DNA from: Paragordius varius | Lineage: Eukaryota; Animalia; Nematomorpha | Direction of reading: 5' to 3' | Assembly (NCBI GenBank): GCA_964247055.1 | Contig: OZ176050.1 | Coordinates: 7,068,001 to 7,132,000 of the forward strand | DNA length: 64,000 nucleotides | Part shown: positions 50,901-64,000 of the stretch, piece after piece | Layout of the letters: each line of letters opens with the position of its first letter | Numbering within the stretch: the first letter of the stretch is position 1 | Made by a program: the position numbers and the translations under genes | Notes under the pieces: generated by a model | What the model was told of the DNA's origin: nothing | Database searches by the model: none | What the model saw: the letters and a program-made list of their open reading frames with translations, nothing else

Positions 50901-53900
50901 ATTGTTGTTAAGAAATAATTAATATTTTACTCATACTTGTATAGTTAATATAATTTGTTTACTGTAAATTAATGGTTGAATATTGTAATTACCCATCTTT
51001 GTATTGTAAATATAATTTGATTGTTGTTAAGAAATGGTTTATATTTTAACCATACTTGTATGGTTAATATAATTTGTTTACTGTAAATTAATGGTTGAAT
51101 ATTGTAATTACCCATCTTTGTATTGTTAATATAATTTGATTGTTGTTAAGAAATGGTTTAAATTTTACCCATACTTGTATGGTTAATATAATTTGATTAC
51201 TGTAAATTAATGGTTGAATATTGTAACCTATCTTTGCATGGTTAATTTAATTTGATTGTTGTTAAGAAATGGTTAATATTTTACCCATACTTGTATGGTT
51301 AATATAATTTGTTTACTGTAAATTAATGGTTGAATATTGTAATTACCCATCTTTGTATTGTTAATATAATTTGATTGTTGTTAAGAAATGGTTTATATTT
51401 TACCCATACTTGTATGGTTAATATAATTTGTTTACTGTAAATTAATGGTTGAATATTGTAATTACCCATCTTTGTATGGTTAATATAATTTGATTGTTGT
51501 TAAGAAATAATTAATATTTTACCCATACTTGTATGGTTAATATAATTTGTTTACTGTAAATTAATGGTTGAATATTGTAATTACCCATCTTTGTATGGTT
51601 AATATAATTTGATTGTTGTTAAGAAATAATTAATATTTTACCCATACTTGTATAGTTAATATAATTTGATTAATTAATGGTTGAATATTGTAATTACCCA
51701 TCTTTGTATGGTTAATATAATTTGATTGTTGTTAAGAAATGGTTTATATTTTACCCATACTTGTATGGTTAATATAAATTGTTTACTGTAAATTAATGGT
51801 TGAATATTGTAATTACCCATCTTTGTATGGTTAATATAATTTGATTGTTGTTAAGAAATGGTTTAAATTTTACCCATACTTGTATGGTTAATATAATTTG
51901 TTTACTGTAAATTAATGGTTGAATATTGTAATTACCCATCTTTGTATGGTTAATATAATTTGATTGTTGTTAAGCAATGGTTAATATTTTACCCATACTT
52001 GTATGGTTAATATAATTTGATTACTGTAAATTAATGGTTGAATATTGTAATTATTCATCTTTGTATGGTTAATATAATTTGATTGTTGTTAAGAAATAAT
52101 TAATATTTTACTCATACTTGTATAGTTAATATAATTTGTTTACTGTAAATTAATGGTTGAATATTGTAATTACCCATCTTTGTATTGTAAATATAATTTG
52201 ATTGTTGTTAAGAAATGGTTTATATTTTAACCATACTTGTATGGTTAATATAATTTGTTTACTGTAAATTAATGGTTGAATATTGTAATTACCCATCTTT
52301 GTATTGTTAATATAATTTGATTGTTGTTAAGAAATGGTTTAAATTTTACCCATACTTGTATGGTTAATATAATTTGATTACTGTAAATTAATGGTTGAAT
52401 ATTGTAACCTATCTTTGCATGGTTAATTTAATTTGATTGTTGTTAAGAAATGGTTAATATTTTACCCATACTTGTATGGTTAATATAATTTGTTTACTGT
52501 AAATTAATGGTTGAATATTGTAATTACCCATCTTTGTATTGTTAATATAATTTGATTGTTGTTAAGAAATGGTTTATATTTTACCCATACTTGTATGGTT
52601 AATATAATTTGTTTACTGTAAATTAATGGTTGAATATTGTAATTACCCATCTTTGTATGGTTAATATAATTTGATTGTTGTTAAGAAATAATTAATATTT
52701 TACCACACTTGTATAGTTAATATAATTTGATTACTGTAAATTAATGGTTGAATATTGTAATTACCCATCTTTGTATGGTTAATATAATTTAAATTGTTGT
52801 TAAGCAATGGTTAATATTTTACCCATACTTGTATGGTTAATATAATTTGATTACTGTAAATTAATGGTTGAATATTGTAATTATTCATCTTTGTATGGTT
52901 AATATAATTTGATTGTTGTTAAGAAATAATTAATATTTTACTCATACTTGTATAGTTAATATAATTTGATTAATTAATGGTTGATTATTGTAATTACCCA
53001 TCTTTGTATGGTTAATATAATTTGATTGTTGTTAAGAAATGGTTTATATTTTACCCATACTTGTATGGTTAATATAATTTGATTACTGTAAATTAATGGT
53101 TGAATATTGTAATTACCCATCTTTGTATGGTTAATATAATTTGATTGTTGTTAAGAAATAATTAATATTTTACCCATACTTGTATAGTTAATATAATTTG
53201 ATTACTGTAAATTAATGGTTGAATATTGTAATTACCCATCTTTGTATGGTTAATATAATTTGATTGTTGTTAAGCAATGGTTATAATTTTACCCATACTT
53301 GTATGGTTAATATAATTTGATTAATTAATGGTTGAATATTGTAATTACCCATCTTTGTATGGTTAATATAATTTGATTGTTGTTAAGAAATAATTAATAT
53401 TTTACTCATACTTGTATAGTTAATATAATTTGATTACTGTAAATTAATGGTTGAATATTGTAATTACCCATCTTTGTATGGTTAATATAATTTGATTGTT
53501 GTTAAGAAATAATTAATATTTTACCCATACTTGTATAGTTAATATAATTTGATTACTGTAAATTAATGGTTGAATATTGTAATTACCCATCTTTGTATGG
53601 TTAATATAATTTGATTGTTGTTAAGCAATGGTTATAATTTTACCCATACTTGTATGGTTAATATAATTTGTTTACTGTAAATTAATGGTTGAATATTGTA
53701 ATTACCCATCTTTGTATGGTTAATATAATTTGATTGTTGTTAAGAAATAATTAATATTTTACTCATACTTGTATAGTTAATATAATTTGATTACTGTAAA
53801 TTAATGGTTGAATATTGTAATTACCCATCTTTGTATTGTTAATATAATTTGATTGTTGTTAAGAAATGGTTTATATTTTACCCATACTTGTATAATTAAT

Positions 53901-56900
53901 ATAATTTGATTAATTAATGGTTGATTATTGTAATTACCCATCTTTGTATGGTTAATATAATTTGATTGTTGTTAAGAAATGGTTTATATTTTACCCATAC
54001 TTGTATGGTTAATATAATTTGATTACTGTAAATTAATGGTTGAATATTGTAATTACCCATCTTTGTATGGTTAATATAATTTGATTGTTGTTAAGAAATA
54101 ATTAATATTTTACCCATACTTGTATAGTTAATATAATTTGATTACTGTAAATTAATGGTTGAATATTGTAATTACCCATCTTTGTATGGTTAATATAATT
54201 TGATTGTTGTTAAGCAATGGTTATAATTTTACCCATACTTGTATAGTTAATATAATTTGATTACTGTAATTTAATGGTTGAATATTGTAATTACCCATCT
54301 TTGTATGGTTAATATAATTTGATTGTTGTTAAGCAATGGTTATAATTTTACCCATACTTGTATAGTTAATATAATTTGATTACTGTAAATTAATGGTTGA
54401 ATATTGTAATTATTCATCTTTGTATGGTTAATATAATTTGATTGTTGTTAAGAAATGGTTATAATTTTACCCATACTTGTATAGTTAATATAATTTGATT
54501 ACTGTAAATTAATGGTTGAATATTGTAATTATTCATCTTTGTATGGTTAATATAATTTGATTGTTGTTAAGAAATAATTAATATTTTACCCATACTTGTA
54601 TAGTTAATATAATTTGATTACTGTAAATTAATGGTTGAATATTGTAATTACCCATCTTTGTATGGTTAATATAATTTGATTGTTGTTAAGAAATAATTAA
54701 TATTTTACCCATACTTGTATAGTTAATATAATTTGATTACTGTAAATTAATGGTTGAATATTGTAATTACCCATCTTTGTATGGTTAATATAATTTGATT
54801 GTTGTTAAGAAATAATTAATATTTTACTCATACTTGTATAGTTAATATAATTATTACTGTAAATTAATGGTTGAATATTGTAATTACCCATCTTTGTATG
54901 GTTAATATAATTTGATTGTTGTTAAGCAATGGTTAATATTTTACCCATACTTGTATAGTTAATATAATTTGATTACTGTAAATTAATGGTTGAATATTGT
55001 AATTACCCATCTTTGTATGGTTAATATAATTTGATTGTTGTTAAGAAATGGTTTATATTTTACCCATACTTGTATGGTTAATATAATTTGTTTACTGTAA
55101 ATTAATGGTTGAATATTGTAATTACCCATCTTTGTATGGTTAATATAATTTGATTGTTGTTAAGAAATGGTTTATATTTTACCCATACTTGTATGGTTAA
55201 TATAATTTGTTTACTGTAAATTAATGGTTGAATATTGTAATTACCCATCTTTGTATGGTTAATATAATTTGATTGTTGTTAAGAAATGGTTTAAATTTTA
55301 CCCATACTTGTATGGTTAATATAATTTGTTTACTGTAAATTAATGGTTGAATATTGTAATTACCCATCTTTGTATGGTTAATTTAATTTGATTGTTGTTA
55401 AGAAATGGTTAATATTTTACCCATACTTGTATGGTTAATATAATTTGTTTACTGTAAATTAATGGTTGAATATTGTAATTACCCATCTTTGTATGGTTAA
55501 TATAATTTGATTGTTGTTAAGAAATAATTAATATTTTACCCATACTTGTATAGTTAATATAATTTGATTACTGTAAATTAATGGTTGAATATTGTAATTA
55601 TTCATCTTTGTATGGTTAATATAATTTGATTGTTGTTAAGCAATGGTTAATATTTTACCCATACTTGTATAATTAATATAATTTGATTAATTAATGGTTG
55701 AATATTGTAATTACCCATCTTTGTATGGTTAATATAATTTGATTGTTGTTAAGAAATGGTTTATATTTTACCCATACTTGTATGGTTAATATAATTTGTT
55801 TACTGTAAATTAATGGTTGAATATTGTAATTACCCATCTTTGTATGGTTAATTTAATTTGATTGTTGTTAAGAAATGGTTAATATTTTACCCATACTTGT
55901 ATGGTTAATATAATTTGTTTACTGTAAATTAATGGTTGAATATTGTAATTACCCATCTTTGTATGGTTAATATAATTTGATTGTTGTTAAGAAATAATTA
56001 ATATTTTACCCATACTTGTATAGTTAATATAATTTGATTACTGTAAATTAATGGTTGAATATTGTAATTATTCATCTTTGTATGGTTAATATAATTTGAT
56101 TGTTGTTAAGCAATGGTTAATATTTTACCCATACTTGTATAATTAATATAATTTGATTAATTAATGGTTGAATATTGTAATTACCCATCTTTGTATGGTT
56201 AATATAATTTGATTGTTGTTAAGAAATGGTTTATATTTTACCCATACTTGTATGGTTAATATAATTTGATTACTGTAAATTAATGGTTGAATATTGTAAT
56301 TACCCATCTTTGTATGGTTAATATAATTTGATTGTTGTTAAGAAATAATTAATATTTTACCCATACTTGTATAGTTAATATAATTTGATTACTGTAAATT
56401 AATGGTTGAATATTGTAATTATTCATCTTTGTATGGTTAATATAATTTGATTGTTGTTAAGCAATGGTTATAATTTTACCCATACTTGTATGGTTAATAT
56501 AATTTGATTAATTAATGGTTGAATATTGTAATTACCCATCTTTGTATGGTTAATATAATTTGATTGTTGTTAAGAAATAATTAATATTTTACCCATACTT
56601 GTATAGTTAATATAATTTGATTAATGTAAATTAATGGTTGAATATTGTAATTACCCATCTTTGTATGGTTAATATAATTTTGTTGTTAAGAAATGGTTAA
56701 TATTTTACCCATACTTGTATGGTTAATATAATTTGTTTACTGTAAATTAATGGTTGAATATTGTAATTACCCATCTTTGTATGGTTAATATAATTTGATT
56801 GTTGTTAAGCAATGGTTATAATTTTACCCATACTTGTATAGTTAATATAATTTGATTACTGTAAATTAATGGTTGAATATTGTAATTACCCATCTTTGTA

Positions 56901-59900
56901 TGGTTAATATAATTTGATTGTTGTTAAGAAATGGTTAATATTTTACCCATACTTGTATGGTTAATATAATTTGTTTACTGTAAATTAATGGTTGAATATT
57001 GTAATTACCCATCTTTGTATGGTTAATATAATTTGATTGTTGTTAAGAAATAATTAATATTTTACTCATACTTGTATAGTTAATATAATTTGTTTACTGT
57101 AAATTAATGGTTGAATATTGTAATTACCCATCTTTGTATTGTAAATATAATTTGATTGTTGTTAAGAAATGGTTTATATTTTAACCATACTTGTATGGTT
57201 AATATAATTTGTTTACTGTAAATTAATGGTTGAATATTGTAATTACCCATCTTTGTATTGTTAATATAATTTGATTGTTGTTAAGAAGTGGTTTAAATTT
57301 TACCCATACTTGTATGGTTAATATAATTTGATTACTGTAAATTAATGGTTGAATATTGTAACCTATCTTTGCATGGTTAATTTAATTTGATTGTTGTTAA
57401 GAAATGGTTAATATTTTACCCATACTTGTATGGTTAATATAATTTGTTTACTGTAAATTAATGGTTGAATATTGTAATTACCCATCTTTGTATTGTTAAT
57501 ATAATTTGATTGTTGTTAAGAAATGGTTTATATTTTACCCATACTTGTATGGTTAATATAATTTGTTTACTGTAAATTAATGGTTGAATATTGTAATTAC
57601 CCATCTTTGTATGGTTAATATAATTTGATTGTTGTTAAGAAATAATTAATATTTTACCCATACTTGTATGGTTAATATAATTTGTTTACTGTAAATTAAT
57701 GGTTGAATATTGTAATTACCCATCTTTGTATGGTTAATATAATTTGATTGTTGTTAAGAAATAATTAATATTTTACCCATACTTGTATAGTTAATATAAT
57801 TTGATTAATTAATGGTTGAATATTGTAATTACCCATCTTTGTATGGTTAATATAATTTGATTGTTGTTAAGAAATGGTTTATATTTTACCCATACTTGTA
57901 TGGTTAATATAAATTGTTTACTGTAAATTAATGGTTGAATATTGTAATTACCCATCTTTGTATGGTTAATATAATTTGATTGTTGTTAAGAAATGGTTTA
58001 AATTTTACCCATACTTGTATGGTTAATATAAATTGTTTACTGTAAATTAATGGTTGAATATTGTAATTACCCATCTTTGTATGGTTAATATAATTTGATT
58101 GTTGTTAAGAAATGGTTTATATTTTACCCATACTTGTATGGTTAATATAAATTGTTTACTGTAAATTAATGGTTGAATATTGTAATTACCCATCTTTGTA
58201 TGGTTAATTTAATTTGATTGTTGTTAAGAAATGGTTAATATTTTACCCATACTTGTATGGTTAATATAATTTGTTTACTGTAAATTAATGGTTGAATATT
58301 GTAATTACCCATCTTTGTATTGTTAATATAATTTGATTGTTGTTAAGAAATGGTTTATATTTTACCCATACTTGTATGGTTAATATAATTTGTTTACTGT
58401 AAATTAATGGTTGAATATTGTAATTACCCATCTTTGTATGGTTAATATAATTTGATTGTTGTTAAGCAATGGTTAATATTTTACCCATACTTGTATGGTT
58501 AATATAATTTGATTACTGTAAATTAATGGTTGAATATTGTAATTATTCATCTTTGTATGGTTAATATAATTTGATTGTTGTTAAGAAATAATTAATATTT
58601 TACTCATACTTGTATAGTTAATATAATTTGTTTACTGTAAATTAATGGTTGAATATTGTAATTACCCATCTTTGTATTGTAAATATAATTTGATTGTTGT
58701 TAAGAAATGGTTTATATTTTAACCATACTTGTATGGTTAATATAATTTGTTTACTGTAAATTAATGGTTGAATATTGTAATTACCCATCTTTGTATTGTT
58801 AATATAATTTGATTGTTGTTAAGAAATGGTTTAAATTTTACCCATACTTGTATGGTTAATATAATTTGATTACTGTAAATTAATGGTTGAATATTGTAAC
58901 CTATCTTTGTATTGTTAATATAATTTGATTGTTGTTAAGAAATGGTTTATATTTTACCCATACTTGTATGGTTAATATAATTTGATTACTGTAAATTAAT
59001 GGTTGAATATTGTAACCTATCTTTGTATTGTTAATATAATTTGATTGTTGTTAAGAAATGGTTTATATTTTACCCATACTTGTATGGTTAATATAATTTG
59101 TTTACTGTAAATTAATGGTTGAATATTGTAATTACCCATCTTTGTATGGTTAATATAATTTGATTGTTGTTAAGAAATGGTTTATATTTTACCCATACTT
59201 GTATGGTTAATATAATTTGATTACTGTAAATTAATGGTTGAATATTGTAATTACCCATCTTTGTATGGTTAATATAATTTGATTGTTGTTAAGCAATGGT
59301 TAATATTTTACCCATACTTGTATGGTTAATATAATTTGATTACTGTAAATTAATGGTTGAATATTGTAATTATTCATCTTTGTATGGTTAATATAATTTG
59401 ATTGTTGTTAAGAAATAATTAATATTTTACTCATACTTGTATAGTTAATATAATTTGATTAATTAATGGTTGATTATTGTAATTACCCATCTTTGTATGG
59501 TTAATATAATTTGATTGTTGTTAAGAAATGGTTTATATTTTACCCATACTTGTATGGTTAATATAATTTGATTACTGTAAATTAATGGTTGAATATTGTA
59601 ATTACCCATCTTTGTATGGTTAATATAATTTGATTGTTGTTAAGAAATAATTAATATTTTACCCATACTTGTATAGTTAATATAATTTGATTACTGTAAA
59701 TTAATGGTTGAATATTGTAATTACCCATCTTTGTATGGTTAATATAATTTGATTGTTGTTAAGCAATGGTTATAATTTTACCCATACTTGTATGGTTAAT
59801 ATAATTTGATTAATTAATGGTTGAATATTGTAATTACCCATCTTTGTATGGTTAATATAATTTGATTGTTGTTAAGAAATAATTAATATTTTACTCATAC

Positions 59901-62900
59901 TTGTATAGTTAATATAATTTGATTACTGTAAATTAATGGTTGAATATTGTAATTACCCATCTTTGTATTGTTAATATAATTTGATTGTTGTTAAGAAATG
60001 GTTTATATTTTACCCATACTTGTATAATTAATATAATTTGATTAATTAATGGTTGATTATTGTAATTACCCATCTTTGTATGGTTAATATAATTTGATTG
60101 TTGTTAAGAAATGGTTTATATTTTACCCATACTTGTATGGTTAATATAATTTGATTACTGTAAATTAATGGTTGAATATTGTAATTACCCATCTTTGTAT
60201 GGTTAATATAATTTGATTGTTGTTAAGAAATAATTAATATTTTACCCATACTTGTATAGTTAATATAATTTGATTACTGTAAATTAATGGTTGAATATTG
60301 TAATTACCCATCTTTGTATGGTTAATATAATTTGATTGTTGTTAAGCAATGGTTATAATTTTACCCATACTTGTATAGTTAATATAATTTGATTACTGTA
60401 AATTAATGGTTGAATATTGTAATTACCCATCTTTGTATGGTTAATATAATTTGATTGTTGTTAAGCAATGGTTATAATTTTACCCATACTTGTATAGTTA
60501 ATATAATTTGATTACTGTAAATTAATGGTTGAATATTGTAATTACCCATCTTTGTATGGTTAATATAATTTGATTGTTGTTAAGAAATAATTAATATTTT
60601 ACCCATACTTGTATAGTTAATATAATTTGATTACTGTAAATTAATGGTTGAATATTGTAATTACCCATCTTTGTATGGTTAATATAATTTGATTGTTGTT
60701 AAGCAATGGTTATAATTTTACCCATACTTGTATAGTTAATATAATTTGATTACTGTAAATTAATGGTTGAATATTGTAATTACCCATCTTTGTATGGTTA
60801 ATATAATTTGATTGTTGTTAAGAAATAATTAATATTTTACCCATACTTGTATAGTTAATATAATTTGATTACTGTAAATTAATGGTTGAATATTGTAATT
60901 ACCCATCTTTGTATGGTTAATATAATTTGATTGTTGTTAAGAAATGGTTAATATTTTACCCATACTTGTATGGTTAATATAATTTGTTTACTGTAAATTA
61001 ATGGTTGAATATTGTAATTACCCATCTTTGTATGGTTAATATAATTTGATTGTTGTTAAGAAATAATTAATATTTTACCCATACTTGTATAGTTAATATA
61101 ATTTGATTACTGTAAATTAATGGTTGAATATTGTAATTACCCATCTTTGTATGGTTAATATAATTTGATTGTTGTTAAGCAATGGTTATAATTTTACCCA
61201 TACTTGTATAGTTAATATAATTTGATTACTGTAAATTAATGGTTGAATATTGTAATTATTCATCTTTGTATGGTTAATATAATTTGATTGTTGTTAAGAA
61301 ATGGTTTATATTTTACCCATACTTGTATGGTTAATATAATTTGTTTACTGTAAATTAATGGTTGAATATTGTAATTACCCATCTTTGTATGGTTAATATA
61401 ATTTGATTGTTGTTAAGAAATAATTAATATTTTACTCATACTTGTATAGTTAATATAATTATTACTGTAAATTAATGGTTGAATATTGTAATTACCCATC
61501 TTTGTATGGTTAATATAATTTGATTGTTGTTAAGCAATGGTTAATATTTTACCCATACTTGTATAGTTAATATAATTTGATTACTGTAAATTAATGGTTG
61601 AATATTGTAATTACCCATCTTTGTATGGTTAATATAATTTGATTGTTGTTAAGAAATGGTTTATATTTTACCCATACTTGTATAGTTAATATAATTTGAT
61701 TACTGTAAATTAATGGTTGAATATTGTAATTACCCATCTTTGTATGGTTAATATAATTTGATTGTTGTTAAGAAATGGTTTATATTTTACCCATACTTGT
61801 ATGGTTAATATAATTTGTTTACTGTAAATTAATGGTTGAATATTGTAATTACCCATCTTTGTATGGTTAATATAATTTGATTGTTGTTAAGAAATGGTTT
61901 ATATTTTACCCATACTTGTATGGTTAATATAATTTGTTTACTGTAAATTAATGGTTGAATATTGTAATTACCCATCTTTGTATGGTTAATATAATTTGAT
62001 TGTTGTTAAGAAATGGTTTATATTTTACCCATACTTGTATGGTTAATATAATTTGTTTACTGTAAATTAATGGTTGAATATTGTAATTACCCATCTTTGT
62101 ATGGTTAATATAATTTGATTGTTGTTAAGAAATGGTTTAAATTTTACCCATACTTGTATGGTTAATATAATTTGTTTACTGTAAATTAATGGTTGAATAT
62201 TGTAATTACCCATCTTTGTATGGTTAATTTAATTTGATTGTTGTTAAGAAATGGTTAATATTTTACCCATACTTGTATGGTTAATATAATTTGTTTACTG
62301 TAAATTAATGGTTGAATATTGTAATTACCCATCTTTGTATGGTTAATATAATTTGATTGTTGTTAAGAAATAATTAATATTTTACCCATACTTGTATAGT
62401 TAATATAATTTGATTACTGTAAATTAATGGTTGAATATTGTAATTATTCATCTTTGTATGGTTAATATAATTTGATTGTTGTTAAGCAATGGTTAATATT
62501 TTACCCATACTTGTATAATTAATATAATTTGATTAATTAATGGTTGAATATTGTAATTACCCATCTTTGTATGGTTAATATAATTTGATTGTTGTTAAGA
62601 AATGGTTTATATTTTACCCATACTTGTATGGTTAATATAATTTGATTACTGTAAATTAATGGTTGAATATTGTAATTACCCATCTTTGTATGGTTAATAT
62701 AATTTGATTGTTGTTAAGCAATGGTTATAATTTTACCCATACTTGTATAGTTAATATAATTTGATTACTGTAAATTAATGGTTGAATATTGTAATTACCC
62801 ATCTTTGTATGGTTAATATAATTTGATTGTTGTTAAGAAATGGTTAATATTTTACCCATACTTGTATGGTTAATATAATTTGTTTACTGTAAATTAATGG

Positions 62901-64000
62901 TTGAATATTGTAATTACCCATCTTTGTATGGTTAATATAATTTGATTGTTGTTAAGAAATAATTAATATTTTACCCATACTTGTATAGTTAATATAATTT
63001 GATTACTGTAAATTAATGGTTGAATATTGTAATTACCCATCTTTGTATGGTTAATATAATTTGATTGTTGTTAAGAAATAATTAATATTTTACCCATACT
63101 TGTATAGTTAATATAATTTGATTACTGTAAATTAATGGTTGAATATTGTAATTACCCATCTTTGTATGGTTAATATAATTTGATTGTTGTTAAGCAATGG
63201 TTATAATTTTACCCATACTTGTATAGTTAATATAATTTGATTACTGTAAATTAATGGTTGAATATTGTAATTATTCATCTTTGTATGGTTAATATAATTT
63301 GATTGTTGTTAAGAAATAATTAATATTTTACCCATACTTGTATAGTTAATATAATTTGATTACTGTAAATTAATGGTTGAATATTGTAATTACCCATCTT
63401 TGTATTGTTAATATAATTTGATTGTTGTTAAGAAATGGTTTATATTTTACCCATACTTGTATGGTTAATATAATTTGTTTACTGTAAATTAATGGTTGAA
63501 TATTGTAATTACCCATCTTTGTATGGTTAATATAATTTGATTGTTGTTAAGCAATGGTTAATATTTTACCCATACTTGTATAGTTAATATAATTTGATTA
63601 CTGTAAATTAATGGTTGAATATTGTAATTATTCATCTTTGTATGGTTAATATAATTTGATTGTTGTTAAGCAATGGTTAATATTTTACCCATACTTGTAT
63701 GGTTAATATAATTTGATTACTGTAAATTAATGGTTGAATATTGTAATTATTCATCTTTGTATGGTTAATATAATTTGATTGTTGTTAAGAAATAATTAAT
63801 ATTTTACTCATACTTGTATAGTTAATATAATTATTACTGTAAATTAATGGTTGAATATTGTAATTACCCATCTTTGTATGGTTAATATAATTTGATTGTT
63901 GTTAAGCAATGGTTAATATTTTACCCATACTTGTATAGTTAATATAATTTAATTACTGTAAATTAATGGTTGAATATTGTAATTACCCATCTTTGTATGG
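48000..64000. repeat. Satellite DNA array: 119-bp dimer of related 57-bp (A) and 62-bp (B) subunits, running off the window end
   Basis: A = TTACCCATCTTTGTATGGTTAATATAATTTGATTGTTGTTAAGAAATGGTTAATATT; B = TTACCCATACTTGTATGGTTAATATAATTTGATTACTGTAAATTAATGGTTGAATATTGTAA. No ORFs in the track. Decayed relic units extend back to ~47590. Confidence 0.98.

Noticed and set aside
48000-64000. CRISPR array
   Set aside because: There are no unique spacers, the units are contiguous tandem copies, no cas genes are present, and the context is eukaryotic.

Overview
This is a very AT-rich eukaryotic, animal-like genomic window read with the standard genetic code; it is not prokaryotic. Host genes, with exon models built by hand: IPMK (+, 351-8169), ornithine decarboxylase antizyme (-, 9176-8526) with a UCC-UGA +1 frameshift site and a 3' stem/pseudoknot, tRNA-Cys(GCA), a five-exon SKICH/coiled-coil gene (+, 17263-21003), and a very long Dopey/DOP1 gene (-, 37236-24599). 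Mobile DNA: a Chapaev3-type (CMC) transposon of 7.45 kb with ~560-bp TIRs and a TAA TSD, whose intron-containing transposase is split by a full-length RTE retrotransposon with an intact ORF; a decayed Buster-type hAT; several hAT, CMC and piggyBac-like MITEs; and LINE fragments. The last 16 kb is a satellite array of 119-bp dimers with dyad symmetry and higher-order structure. The most unusual signal is a set of ultrashort GT-AG introns of 21-27 nt in IPMK, antizyme, Dopey and the transposase. Most must be removed to restore the frame or a conserved motif, and they coexist with introns of several kb that are filled with transposons.
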